DNA of 64,000 bases from IMG/VR virus record IMGVR_UViG_3300030390_001438; one strand, written 5' to 3'. How positions within the stretch are numbered: the first letter of the stretch is position 1; each line of letters begins with the position of its first letter. Shown piece after piece: positions 16,520 through 26,225 of the stretch. This DNA is from an uncultured virus (IMG/VR IMGVR_UViG_3300030390_001438). Lineage: Duplodnaviria > Heunggongvirae > Uroviricota > Caudoviricetes > Crassvirales. The notes beneath the pieces were generated by a model. The model saw nothing but the letters and a program-made list of their open reading frames with translations, had not been told where the DNA came from and did no database searches. The position numbers and the translations under genes are program-made.

Positions 16520-16736
16520 AGGAACTTATACAATAGAACAAGACCATTATACATTAGCTATAATGTACACTTACTATTCTGATGACGGAGACTATTTTAA
16601 TCCTCCAGAAGAAGACTTTGAAGTTACAGATATAGAGTACAATGGCATGGATATTACGGATTTTTTCTGGGATTATTTAGATGGTAGTAGCTTATGGTAT
16701 GAAGCCCTTGAGTATGCAAGAGATAGACAGGAATAA
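16503..16736 (+). CDS. Highly acidic hypothetical protein
   Basis: D/E/Y-rich 77 aa. Confidence 0.65.
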   Translation: MKRNHKGTYTIEQDHYTLAIMYTYYSDDGDYFNPPEEDFEVTDIEYNGMDITDFFWDYLDGSSLWYEALEYARDRQE

Positions 16737-16739
16737 ATT

Positions 16740-16769
16740 TTGCAATGTAAAATAGATAAACTACTTTTG
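16740..16769 (+). promoter_or_regulatory. Promoter for replication module
   Basis: TTGC at 16740, TACTTTTG at 16762. Confidence 0.7.
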
Positions 16770-16801
16770 TACAAAACATTAACATTTAATCAAATCAACA
16801 C

Positions 16802-17116
16802 ATGAAAAAAGACATATTTGATCAGTACGCAGATGCGATAGCAAAACAACTTCATATAACACTTGACCAAATTTTTTCTGGTGATAGGCGAAGAGATATT
16901 GTTGATGCAAGACAAATGCTTTATTTCATCTGCATGGAAAGGCCTATTAGAATCAGTTTTATTCAAAGATTTATGGAGGAAAATGATTGCCCTGTAAAGC
17001 ACAGTACTATTATTCATGGATACAAAAGAGCTAAAAAATTAATTGACAACGATCCAGACTATAAAAATATTATAGACCAAATTCAAAAAGAGAATGCACA
17101 AGTATCATCATATTGA
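16802..17116 (+). CDS. DnaA C-terminal (domain IV)-like HTH protein
   Basis: R.RDIVDARQM.YF and KHSTIIHGYKR resemble DnaA_C. Confidence 0.75.
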   Translation: MKKDIFDQYADAIAKQLHITLDQIFSGDRRRDIVDARQMLYFICMERPIRISFIQRFMEENDCPVKHSTIIHGYKRAKKLIDNDPDYKNIIDQIQKENAQVSSY

Positions 17117-17489
17117 AGACATATTAAAACAAGCTCTTGAAGACCAGAAATCAATCACGACTATTCTTCCAAAAGGATTAGCAGTTATTGGTAGAGGAAT
17201 TAAGATTCAAAAGTTTGCTGATAAGACAGAAATATTGAACATGGGCAAAGGCGGAATGTACTACTTAGAATGTGATGATGCAGAGTATGGGTTTTTTGCT
17301 GAGCATGGTTGGATTCAAGGATCAAAACATATTGCTTTAAGTAATTGTCTACATAAATTAACACTTGTAGAGGACAGAATTAAGGAAGAGATGAACACTC
17401 GAAAGAATGACAAGCACATTCAAAACATGAAAAACAGAAGAGAAGGACTTTTAAAAAAATACTTTCTTATTAAACAAGAATTAAATTAA
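17094..17489 (+). CDS. Hypothetical protein
   Basis: 131 aa in operon. Confidence 0.7.
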   Translation: MHKYHHIEDILKQALEDQKSITTILPKGLAVIGRGIKIQKFADKTEILNMGKGGMYYLECDDAEYGFFAEHGWIQGSKHIALSNCLHKLTLVEDRIKEEMNTRKNDKHIQNMKNRREGLLKKYFLIKQELN

Positions 17490-17499
17490 ATATAAATAA

Positions 17500-18144
17500 A
17501 TGAAACAGAACTCAACATTTGAAACTTTAGGTCAACTTAAAGTTTCCGACAAGACTCAAAAGAAAGGTAGATTTTCATATCTATCATGGGCATGGGCTTG
17601 GCACATCTTAAAACAAAACTATCCAGAAGCTCAGCGTAAAGTATATGAGAATCCTGATGGAGTTCCATATTTCAATGATGGCAAGTTTGCTAATGTAAAA
17701 GTTGGAATTACAATCAATGGATTAGAGCATATTGATTACCTACCGATTACTGACAATTCAAACAGGTCTATCCCTTTGGTAAAAATAACATCATTTCAAG
17801 TTAACACCGCTATACAAAGGTCAACTGCTAAAGCTATTGCCCTTCATGGACTTGGATTATCTTTATGGATTGATGAAGACACAACTAAGTGTTGGGGGAC
17901 TCCAGATGCACCGCCCTCATCAAATGCTGAAAAGAAAAAAGATGATAGATATACCATATTAATTAATGATCCAGATAAGTGGGACGATATGATGAACTAT
18001 GTAATCAAGTGGAAAGCCAAAGGTTTAACTTGGATTATAAATAATATCAGCAAAGAGTACATCATTACAGAAGATGTAGAAAATCAAATCAAAATTAAAT
18101 TAAATGGAAAAGGAAAGAGTACTAAAAAAACTACAAAACGATAA
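17500..18144 (+). CDS. Sak3/DUF1071-like single-strand annealing protein
   Basis: SYLSWAWAW and NTAIQR..AKAIALHGLGL motifs; next to exonuclease and SSB. Confidence 0.75.
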   Translation: MKQNSTFETLGQLKVSDKTQKKGRFSYLSWAWAWHILKQNYPEAQRKVYENPDGVPYFNDGKFANVKVGITINGLEHIDYLPITDNSNRSIPLVKITSFQVNTAIQRSTAKAIALHGLGLSLWIDEDTTKCWGTPDAPPSSNAEKKKDDRYTILINDPDKWDDMMNYVIKWKAKGLTWIINNISKEYIITEDVENQIKIKLNGKGKSTKKTTKR

Positions 18145-18844
18145 AGATTATTACGGAGAGTTTGGTAAAAAGTATTTATCTGCATCAAATGTTCGTAGTT
18201 TATTGTATGAACCTACACGATATGGCCAATTTGAGAAGACTCTTCCTTTAATACAAGGAGGGTATTTTCATACCTTGATGCTTGAGCCAGAAAAACTTAA
18301 AGAATATCATGTACTTGACTGTAAAACCAGAAACAACAAAGAGTTTAGTGGATACAGAGCTGAGAACAACTTACATCAGTATGATATTTTATTGTCGCAT
18401 GAGGTCGAAAAGATTAACACATGGGCAGATAAAATAAACTCAAACTTTGAATTATATAATATGATATATGACTCAAAGAATAAGTTTGAAGTTCCAAACA
18501 TAACTACCATTGGCGGATTAGATTGGAAAGGTAAATGTGATATTCTGGGAGAAGATTATGTATATGATTTAAAAACTTCTGGAAACATTCATAAATTTCG
18601 TTGGTCATGCAAAGAGTATTGTTATGATGCTCAAGCATATATTTACCAAACTTTATTTAATAAGCCAATGAGATTTATAGTCATTGACAAAACAACATTA
18701 GAAATTAAAATATCTGATTGTTCTGAAGAGTTTATTGAGAGCGGTCAACAAAAAGTAGAAAATGCAATCAAAGTTTATAAAAAGTTTTTTAGCAATGAAG
18801 CAGATGATGACATTGATAGCTTCATATATAGAGAAAGGTTATAA
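18104..18844 (+). CDS. PD-(D/E)XK exonuclease (RecE/ExoVIII-like)
   Basis: LSAS, KGKCD, YDLKT, Y..QA.IY. Confidence 0.8.
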   Translation: MEKERVLKKLQNDKDYYGEFGKKYLSASNVRSLLYEPTRYGQFEKTLPLIQGGYFHTLMLEPEKLKEYHVLDCKTRNNKEFSGYRAENNLHQYDILLSHEVEKINTWADKINSNFELYNMIYDSKNKFEVPNITTIGGLDWKGKCDILGEDYVYDLKTSGNIHKFRWSCKEYCYDAQAYIYQTLFNKPMRFIVIDKTTLEIKISDCSEEFIESGQQKVENAIKVYKKFFSNEADDDIDSFIYRERL

Positions 18845-18962
18845 TAAAAGTATACAAGTAGAAGTTCCAAATACTTGCATGAGTAGAAATGATAAGGATA
18901 AACTTATTGTTGCTACTATTAATTTCTTGGAGCATAACATAAAAATAAATGACAATGAGTAA
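18795..18962 (+). CDS. Possible small hypothetical protein
   Basis: Fills gap between exonuclease and SSB; start uncertain. Confidence 0.35.
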   Translation: MKQMMTLIASYIEKGYNKSIQVEVPNTCMSRNDKDKLIVATINFLEHNIKINDNE

Positions 18963-19245
18963 CAATCAGAATCAAAAACCTATTTACGTTGGAAGTGGCG
19001 TTGAGAAGTTTGACGGGGATCTAATCGAAGTTTCAGTTTGTTTATCAGACTTACCAGCAGAGCATCGCTTTGAGTATAATGGTAAGTGGTATGCAAAGCT
19101 AAAGATCAATCGTAAAAGAGAGACAGATGAATATGGTAAAACACATTCAGTATCTATCAATACGTGGAAGCCAGATCAAAAGCAAAATGAAAAACAAGTA
19201 GCTACCCCCGTAGCACAAGAAGAAAATGGCGATTTGCCGTTTTAA
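18949..19245 (+). CDS. Putative single-stranded DNA-binding protein
   Basis: Acidic C-terminus GDLPF; context. Confidence 0.65.
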   Translation: MTMSNNQNQKPIYVGSGVEKFDGDLIEVSVCLSDLPAEHRFEYNGKWYAKLKINRKRETDEYGKTHSVSINTWKPDQKQNEKQVATPVAQEENGDLPF

Positions 19246-19267
19246 TTAAATTAAATGTTGTAATTAA

Positions 19268-19308
19268 GGGGTAGACAGAATGTGAATGCTCTTACCTACC
19301 TCTTTTTT
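19268..19308 (+). terminator. Possible terminator
   Basis: GGTAG...CTACC then T-run after SSB gene; long loop. Confidence 0.35.
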
Positions 19309-19417
19309 ATGACTTAAATGACAAACAGAACAATTAATTTAGGGAACAAGTAAAATATATTACTATATAATTTTTTTATATATAATTATCTATTTATTTC
19401 TGTCATTTCAGTCATTT
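19309..19417. repeat. ATGAC/GTCAT inverted-repeat element (copy 2)
   Basis: ATGACTTAAATGACA / TGTCATTTCAGTCAT (14/15 inverted match) around a 77-bp AT-rich spacer. Confidence 0.75.
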
Positions 19418-19442
19418 AAGAAATTAAATAAAATATTATTGA

Positions 19443-21842
19443 ATGGAGATAACTATATTTAAAGATATTAAAGAAACCTCTCAACCTTTTTATAGAGATG
19501 TTGATATGATCCTTGACAGGATTAGAGATGGAGCTTCTAAAGACATTATCAAAAGAATACGCTCAGAAAAAGATAAAGAGAAAATAAATAATTTAAAACA
19601 ACAACTACCAGCTGTATGTTTTAGTGGTAAATTTACTAAACGTAACGATAAATCCTTAAGCCATCATAGTGGATTAATTTGTTTAGATTTTGATGGTTAT
19701 CCAAATAAAAGAGAATTACTGCAGGAAAAAGAAAAACTTGCAAAGAATAAATATGTTTATTCAGTATTTATATCTCCAAGCGGTAACGGATTAAAAGCCG
19801 TAATTAAAATTCCACCAATTCCAGAAAACCATAAAAACTATTTCCTTGGATTAGAAAAACATTTTTCTTCAGAATATTTTGATATTACATGTAAGAATGT
19901 TTCACGTGTATGTTATGAAAGTTATGATCCATTAATTTATGTAAATGAAAACGCAAGTGTCTGGGATAAATTAGAAGACAAAGAATATAATGAAGTGGTT
20001 AAGCATGTAGATATGCAAACCATACCTGTCACAGATGAAAACAAAATTGTAGAAATTTTAGTTAAGTGGTGGCAAAAAAAATATCCTATGATGGAAGGAG
20101 TAAGAAACAATAACATTTACGTGTTGGCTTCTGCTTTCAATGACTTTGGAGTAAATCAAACCTTAGCTGAATATATAATGTCAAGTTTTGAAACTGCTTC
20201 ATTTAAAAAAGAAGAAATCAAAAGGACAATAACCTCTGCTTATGCTAATAAGCAAAACTTTGGTACTAAGTATTATGAAGACGAAGAAAAAGTCAACATG
20301 ATTAAAGTAAAGTTGAAGCGAGGTGTATCAAAAAAAGAAATTAAAACTCAGCTAAATGAAGTTGACCCTATCATTGTTGAGAATGTAGTAAACAGATTTG
20401 AAGACGAACAATCTAATCATAAGTTTTGGACAAAGAATGAAAAGGGAGTAATTAAAATAGTCCATATTTTATTCAAGCATTTTTTAGAGGAGAATGGTTT
20501 TTATAAGTTTAATCCAGAAGGTAGTAAGAATTATGTGTTTGTAAGAGTAACCAATAATTTGATTGACCATACTGCAGAAAAAGAAATAAAAGATTTTATA
20601 TTAAATTATTTATTAGAGGTTGATGACTATACTGTATATAATTATTTTGCAGAACACACCAGATACTTTAGAGAAGAGTTTTTAACTTTATTGAATTCTA
20701 TTGAAGTTTATTTCATTGAAGACAGTAAGGACACTTCATACTTATATTATCGTAATGGAGCTGTAAAAATTAAAGAGAACTCTGTAACTATGATTGACTA
20801 TCTTGACTTAGGTGGTTATGTGTGGAAAGATCACGTAATAGACAGAGATTTTGCGTTTTGTGAAAGTATACATTGTGATTATCAAAATTTTATAACTAAC
20901 ATATGCGGTGGAAATGAAGAGAGAACGTTGTCTATGAGAAGCACCATAGGATATATGTTACATGGTTGGAAAAACTTAGCATATTGTCCTGCTATAATAT
21001 TAAATGATGAAGTTATATCTGACAATCCTGAAGGCGGAAGTGGTAAAGGATTATGGATCAATGGACTAAGTCAAATGAAAAAAGTCGTTATTATAGATGG
21101 TAAGTCTTTTAATTTTGAAAAATCATTTGCATATCAACTTGTTTCTGCTGACACACAAATACTAACTTTTGATGATGTTCGCAAACATTTTGACTTTGAA
21201 AGATTATTTTCTGTTGTAACAGAAGGATTGACTCTTGAAAAGAAAAACAAAGACGCCATTAAAATACCTTTCAGCAAGTCCCCTAAAATTGCCATAACTA
21301 CTAACTATGCCATCAAAGGTAAGGGGACTTCGTTTGAAAGAAGAAAATGGGAATTAGAATTAGCGCATCATTATAACAAAGATTACACTCCTTTAGAAGA
21401 GTTTGGTAAAATGATGTTTGGGGATTGGAATGATGAAGAGTGGTGTCAGTTTGATAACTATATGATTCAATGTCTTCAGCTTTATTTAGAAAAAGGATTA
21501 ATAAAAAGCTCATTTGTAAATCTTAAGATACGTAAATTATCTGCAGAAACTTGCCATGAGTTTATTGAATGGTGTGGAGTCTTAGGAGATACCACACATG
21601 ATAAACTTAAGGTAGGAGGTAAAGTGAATAAAGCAGATTTATATATAGATTTTATTGAAGACAATCCTGATTTTGCTCCTAAGTCAAAACTAACTGTTAG
21701 CAGAACTAAATTTATGAAATGGGTAACTGCTTTTAGTCAGTTTCAATATGAATGTAAACCAGAAGAGGGAAGGTCAGAGTCTGCACGTTGGGTAAGATTC
21801 AGATATAAGCATGAATTAGAAAAACAAGGAGATTTATTTTGA
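19443..21842 (+). CDS. Primase-helicase (BT4734/VirE-N-like AEP + PriCT + SF3 helicase)
   Basis: KQQLPAVCFSG, CLDFD, FISPSGNGLK, G.RNN, GGSGKG Walker A, FDD Walker B. Confidence 0.85.
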   Translation: MEITIFKDIKETSQPFYRDVDMILDRIRDGASKDIIKRIRSEKDKEKINNLKQQLPAVCFSGKFTKRNDKSLSHHSGLICLDFDGYPNKRELLQEKEKLAKNKYVYSVFISPSGNGLKAVIKIPPIPENHKNYFLGLEKHFSSEYFDITCKNVSRVCYESYDPLIYVNENASVWDKLEDKEYNEVVKHVDMQTIPVTDENKIVEILVKWWQKKYPMMEGVRNNNIYVLASAFNDFGVNQTLAEYIMSSFETASFKKEEIKRTITSAYANKQNFGTKYYEDEEKVNMIKVKLKRGVSKKEIKTQLNEVDPIIVENVVNRFEDEQSNHKFWTKNEKGVIKIVHILFKHFLEENGFYKFNPEGSKNYVFVRVTNNLIDHTAEKEIKDFILNYLLEVDDYTVYNYFAEHTRYFREEFLTLLNSIEVYFIEDSKDTSYLYYRNGAVKIKENSVTMIDYLDLGGYVWKDHVIDRDFAFCESIHCDYQNFITNICGGNEERTLSMRSTIGYMLHGWKNLAYCPAIILNDEVISDNPEGGSGKGLWINGLSQMKKVVIIDGKSFNFEKSFAYQLVSADTQILTFDDVRKHFDFERLFSVVTEGLTLEKKNKDAIKIPFSKSPKIAITTNYAIKGKGTSFERRKWELELAHHYNKDYTPLEEFGKMMFGDWNDEEWCQFDNYMIQCLQLYLEKGLIKSSFVNLKIRKLSAETCHEFIEWCGVLGDTTHDKLKVGGKVNKADLYIDFIEDNPDFAPKSKLTVSRTKFMKWVTAFSQFQYECKPEEGRSESARWVRFRYKHELEKQGDLF

Positions 21843-23077
21843 TGTTTAAATATAGAGATTATCAGAAATCAATTATTAGACAAGGGTCTAAGATATTAAA
21901 TAAACATAACTTATTATACTTAGCTATGGAAGTAAGGACGGGTAAAACTTTTACAAGTCTGGGGATCTGTGCTAAAATAAAAGCTAAGAATGTTTTATTT
22001 ATTACAAAGAAAAAAGCTATTAGTAGTATTGAAGATGACTTTAATACTTTAAATCCAGGATATAAAATTACTGTAATTAATTATGAAAGTTTACATAAAA
22101 TATCTACTGATCAACACTTCAATGTAATAATATTAGATGAAGCTCATTCTATTGGAGCGTATCCTAAAAAGAACAAACGTTGTTTACAAATACAAAGTTT
22201 AATTCTTATTCATAACTCAAAAGTTATATTGCTATCAGGAACACCAACTCCAGAATCTTACTCTCAAATGTATCATCAGGTTTGCTCTATTCCTGGTAAC
22301 CCTTTCTCTGAGTATAAAAACTTTTATCAATTTTGTAAAGATTATGTAGATGTCAAACAGCGTAGAATAAATGGTTTGTTTATGAATGATTACACAAGAG
22401 GTAGAGATTCTATTTTAAAAGAAATGAAACCATATACAATTTCATTTAGTCAAAAAGAAGCAGGTTTTGTGGTGGACACTAATGAGAAAGTTTTGTGGGT
22501 TGATTTAGAAGACTCAACAAAAGAAATGATTAAAACTTTGAATAAAGACAGAATACTTAGAGGGTCTGAAGAAGTTGTTTTAGCTGACACTCCTGTTAAG
22601 CTCATGACAAAAACACATCAATTATGTTCTGGTACAGTTAAGTTTGAGTCAGGAAAATCTCAAATTGTAGATTTATCCAAAGCTAAATTTATATATAAAA
22701 ATTTTAGCAATAAAAAAATAGGAATATTTTATAAGTTTAAGGAAGAATTAAATGCACTAAAAGAGGTGTATAAAGATGAACTATGCACTGACCTTGAGAC
22801 CTTTAACTCAACGAATAAAACCATAGCTTTGCAGATTGTTAGCGGTAGAGAGGGAATATCTTTACGTCAAGCTAAAGCTTTAATATACTACAATATAGAT
22901 TTCAGTGCTACCAGCTATTGGCAAAGCAGAGATCGTATGACAACCAAAGATAGACTCTATAATAAAATCTATTGGATTTTCTCTAAAGGAGGTATTGAGG
23001 AAGACATATATAAGGCTGTTATAAAGAAAAAAGACTACACCTTAAATCATTTCAAAAGAGATTCATTAAATTTGTAA
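21839..23077 (+). CDS. SF2 (SNF2-like) helicase
   Basis: EVRTGKT, DEAH, SGTP, QSRDR. Confidence 0.85.
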   Translation: MMFKYRDYQKSIIRQGSKILNKHNLLYLAMEVRTGKTFTSLGICAKIKAKNVLFITKKKAISSIEDDFNTLNPGYKITVINYESLHKISTDQHFNVIILDEAHSIGAYPKKNKRCLQIQSLILIHNSKVILLSGTPTPESYSQMYHQVCSIPGNPFSEYKNFYQFCKDYVDVKQRRINGLFMNDYTRGRDSILKEMKPYTISFSQKEAGFVVDTNEKVLWVDLEDSTKEMIKTLNKDRILRGSEEVVLADTPVKLMTKTHQLCSGTVKFESGKSQIVDLSKAKFIYKNFSNKKIGIFYKFKEELNALKEVYKDELCTDLETFNSTNKTIALQIVSGREGISLRQAKALIYYNIDFSATSYWQSRDRMTTKDRLYNKIYWIFSKGGIEEDIYKAVIKKKDYTLNHFKRDSLNL

Positions 23078-23078
23078 C

Positions 23079-23285
23079 ATGAGGTTTATTAAGTTTTCAT
23101 TAATTTGGATTAGTCAAAATTTAGCAATACCTTTTTGGGTGGTAGGACATATTCATTTGTCTATTCATAACTTTCATAACTTGATTGAATTAATATCTTC
23201 AATAGGTATGAATTTAATAGTGGCAATAGGATTTGTATTAGATTACAGAAATGACAGAGCAGCAAATACAAGCAAAGAAGATTAA
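23079..23285 (+). CDS. Small membrane protein
   Basis: Hydrophobic segments; packed operon. Confidence 0.55.
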   Translation: MRFIKFSLIWISQNLAIPFWVVGHIHLSIHNFHNLIELISSIGMNLIVAIGFVLDYRNDRAANTSKED

Positions 23286-23499
23286 AGAGTTAGAGGCTGA
23301 GGGTTATTATGTAATTAAATTAACGCTTACCAATAAGAATGGAATTCCTGATTTAGTAGCTATCCCAAAAAATTGTGACGTAGAATTTATTGAAGTTAAA
23401 AAACCTAATGGTAAACTTTCAAAGCTACAAGAATATAGAATAGATGAACTAAAAAAACATGGAGTCAAAGTTGAAGTATTCAAAGGATATGACATATGA
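23251..23499 (+). CDS. VRR-NUC nuclease
   Basis: E..IQ, GIPDL, FIEVK, LSKLQ. Confidence 0.85.
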   Translation: MTEQQIQAKKIKELEAEGYYVIKLTLTNKNGIPDLVAIPKNCDVEFIEVKKPNGKLSKLQEYRIDELKKHGVKVEVFKGYDI

Positions 23500-23791
23500 T
23501 ATTGAAGAGGGTTATACGTCAGCTTTGGAAAGAATGCCTGCCGCCAAAGCATTTACAATAGCTGTATTTATAGAAAATAACATGCCACATGTTGAGGAAA
23601 ATGATTATCATACTTATATATTTGCAGGAGTAGTTAATTATTTTGAAGAAGAAGTACCGTTTATTTTTGAAATAATGAATGCCACAGGAGATGTTCCAAC
23701 TATAACAGATGTTTCAATTATAGAGATGGACGAATTTTTAGATTTAATTAACTTAAATTTATTTGTAAAAGGAAATGAGACAAGCATCTAA
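23489..23791 (+). CDS. Acidic hypothetical protein
   Basis: Probable start MTYDIEE. Confidence 0.6.
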   Translation: MTYDIEEGYTSALERMPAAKAFTIAVFIENNMPHVEENDYHTYIFAGVVNYFEEEVPFIFEIMNATGDVPTITDVSIIEMDEFLDLINLNLFVKGNETSI

Positions 23792-24119
23792 AAGAGACAG
23801 TATAATAACGCAATATATAAAAGATATTGGTCAATCATATGATGATATAGCATTGCTTACAGATAGTAATGTTCATTATGTTACCCAATGTATACATAAA
23901 TACCACATTGATTTAGTTTCTTATTACGACATGTGTTTAGCACCGAGTTTAATAGATTCTAATATCTACTTTTTATTTTCTGACAATGGAATTGAAAAAA
24001 AATTAAAATTTAAAAACAATGTAGTAACTCCTTTACAGGAATTAACAGCGTTAGAGGAATTGTATGTAAAATTAAATCTGGGTACGAGAATAGCTCATCA
24101 TGAGTCTGGTATATGGTAA
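23775..24119 (+). CDS. Hypothetical protein, possible N-terminal HTH
   Basis: GQSYDDIALLTD...YV. Confidence 0.55.
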   Translation: MRQASKRDSIITQYIKDIGQSYDDIALLTDSNVHYVTQCIHKYHIDLVSYYDMCLAPSLIDSNIYFLFSDNGIEKKLKFKNNVVTPLQELTALEELYVKLNLGTRIAHHESGIW

Positions 24120-24172
24120 AAATATTTTGATGTTTAATTTATTTTTATTACATTGTACAAAATCTAACTATA

Positions 24173-24421
24173 ATGAAAGCTTACGAGGAGTGTAAATACA
24201 GTACCTCTGATGTAGAAAAAATAATTAATTTTTCTTCATGGTCAGACATTAGAAAAATTGACACATTATTTCATATTGATTGCGTCATGTATTGCAATCT
24301 TGGAAAAGAATCCAGCCCTTCCGAAAGACGTACAGCAAAATTTAATTCACGAACTATATATAAAGCAATAAAAACACTTAATTCAAAATTAGGAGAGCTG
24401 TTGTTGAAAAACATGGATTAG
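24173..24421 (+). CDS. Hypothetical protein
   Basis: ORF packing. Confidence 0.65.
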   Translation: MKAYEECKYSTSDVEKIINFSSWSDIRKIDTLFHIDCVMYCNLGKESSPSERRTAKFNSRTIYKAIKTLNSKLGELLLKNMD

Positions 24422-24422
24422 T

Positions 24423-24614
24423 ATGTCAGGAATATCTCGTAATGATGTAGAAGTCATTAGCCACATTAACTATGTGACTAATAACCTTCACGACCTTACA
24501 GATGACTTATACGAAGACTTAATGGAGCGTGACAATCAATCTGCCAAAAAGAAAGCAAAATACATTGTTAATCTTATGGAAGAGTTAATTCAATCTTTAA
24601 ACGATGACATTTAG
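24423..24614 (+). CDS. Hypothetical protein
   Basis: ORF packing. Confidence 0.65.
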   Translation: MSGISRNDVEVISHINYVTNNLHDLTDDLYEDLMERDNQSAKKKAKYIVNLMEELIQSLNDDI

Positions 24615-25332
24615 TGACAGCAATGAAATACGACCAAGGTTAAAAGGAAATAAACGTAAAGCGTTTGAAAACCTCAACAAGAAGGAAAGAAGAATATTAA
24701 TTATAGGAGATCTTCATGCTCCTTTTACGTTAGAAGGATATTTAGAACACTGTCAAGAAGTATATTCCAACTACAATTGCAACCAAGTAATTTATATTGG
24801 AGATATTTTGGATAATCATGCGTTTTCATATCATGAGCCAGATCCAAACGGACTTTCTGCGGGTAATGAATTGATTAAAGCAAAAAAGTTTATAAAAGAT
24901 TGGTACAAAGCGTTTCCTGTAGCTGATGTTTTAATCGGAAACCATGATCGTATGGCTGCAAGGAAGGCAATGACTGGTGGAGTACCCTCGGCATGGATTA
25001 AGTCCTATAACGATGTCTTAGGCACTCCTAAATGGAATTGGTGCGAGACTATAGTGTACGATAACGTACTTTTTGAGCATGGTGAAGGAGGTCAGGCAGC
25101 CAGAAAAGCACAAAACAATATGATGTCAAGTGTTTGCGGACACACTCATACGAGTGCTTACGTGCAGTGGTTCGTTGGAAAAAAATTCAAAGTTTTTGGA
25201 ATGCAGATTGGCTGCGGGGTAGACAGTACAAGCTATGCAGCTGCTTATGCTCGTAATTTTAAAAAACAAGCCATAGGGTGTGGCGTAGTAATCGGTGGGC
25301 ATACCGCCATAAATTGTATGATGAACTTATGA
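24604..25332 (+). CDS. Calcineurin-like metallophosphoesterase
   Basis: GDLH, GD, GNHD, HG, GHTH. Confidence 0.9.
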   Translation: MTFSDSNEIRPRLKGNKRKAFENLNKKERRILIIGDLHAPFTLEGYLEHCQEVYSNYNCNQVIYIGDILDNHAFSYHEPDPNGLSAGNELIKAKKFIKDWYKAFPVADVLIGNHDRMAARKAMTGGVPSAWIKSYNDVLGTPKWNWCETIVYDNVLFEHGEGGQAARKAQNNMMSSVCGHTHTSAYVQWFVGKKFKVFGMQIGCGVDSTSYAAAYARNFKKQAIGCGVVIGGHTAINCMMNL

Positions 25333-25460
25333 AAAAATATAGACAATATAGAAGCCGACAAGGAAGATCAGATCAAAGGTACAGCTCATCATCTGCTGTT
25401 TTATTTATTTCTTACCTTGGAATGTTATTAATAATGTTAGCAGTAGGACTAAGCTCATGA
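25329..25460 (+). CDS. Small membrane peptide
   Basis: MKKYRQYRSRQGRS plus C-terminal TM; ATGA overlap. Confidence 0.55.
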   Translation: MKKYRQYRSRQGRSDQRYSSSSAVLFISYLGMLLIMLAVGLSS

Positions 25461-25523
25461 AGATAATACCTATAATTATGCTATTGAGTCTTCTATGGTG
25501 GGCAATAGAAAAGTTCCGAGAAG

Positions 25524-25652
25524 ATGATTAAACCAAAGATAACAAGACAGGAAAGGGAAAATATTTTACAAAAAATATTATTACTTAAAAACATGAGTTC
25601 ACCTACACCAAGGGTAATAAAACAGATACAACAACTTCAACAACAATTATGA
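25524..25652 (+). CDS. Small hypothetical protein (42 aa)
   Basis: Manual: MIKPKITRQERENILQKILLLKNMSSPTPRVIKQIQQLQQQL; ATGA overlap with next gene. Confidence 0.5.
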   Translation: MIKPKITRQERENILQKILLLKNMSSPTPRVIKQIQQLQQQL

Positions 25653-25984
25653 ACAAAAAAATAGCACTTGAACTAAAAGATCAAGCAGAGATAGTAGCAA
25701 TAAGATTTTCTCGAAAAGATAGAGAACAAAACTTTAATAATGAAGACTTTAAAGTAGACGAAATAATACCAATGTCTGACCATACAGCTTGTGTATATTA
25801 CAGAAAGACAACTGATAAAATAGGAGCTGCATTTTTTTACTATATACCTAATGGTATGTCAAAAGGGTGGAAATATTTTTTCCCTACAGACTCACACCTT
25901 AACGGTTTTGCTTCGTTTCACTATTATAAGTTAGAGGCCGAGAGGAAAAACTATAGTAAAAATTTAATTTCTTCTGATCTCTAA
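25649..25984 (+). CDS. Hypothetical protein
   Basis: Last ORF of + block. Confidence 0.7.
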   Translation: MNKKIALELKDQAEIVAIRFSRKDREQNFNNEDFKVDEIIPMSDHTACVYYRKTTDKIGAAFFYYIPNGMSKGWKYFFPTDSHLNGFASFHYYKLEAERKNYSKNLISSDL

Positions 25985-26225
25985 GCTCAGCAGCAACATC
26001 ATATTCTTCTATACCAACAAAATATTCCATTAACAAATCATAGACATCATCTTCCATCACTACTACTGGTTTTGTAGGGTTGAAAATTACTTCTACTTGA
26101 TAATCTCTTTCCAGAAGTTCTTCAAAAGATATTTTACCAGTTAACAACTCATAACTTTGAACCATACTGGAGTGTTCGTCATAAGTGTTATCCATAAAAT
26201 CCCATTCTCTTTCTGAATTAATCAT
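25899..26225 (-). CDS. Hypothetical protein with UVR-like motif
   Basis: EEYDVAAELRDQ resembles the UvrB/UvrC motif. Confidence 0.55.
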   Translation of the reverse strand: MINSEREWDFMDNTYDEHSSMVQSYELLTGKISFEELLERDYQVEVIFNPTKPVVVMEDDVYDLLMEYFVGIEEYDVAAELRDQKKLNFYYSFSSRPLTYNSETKQNR

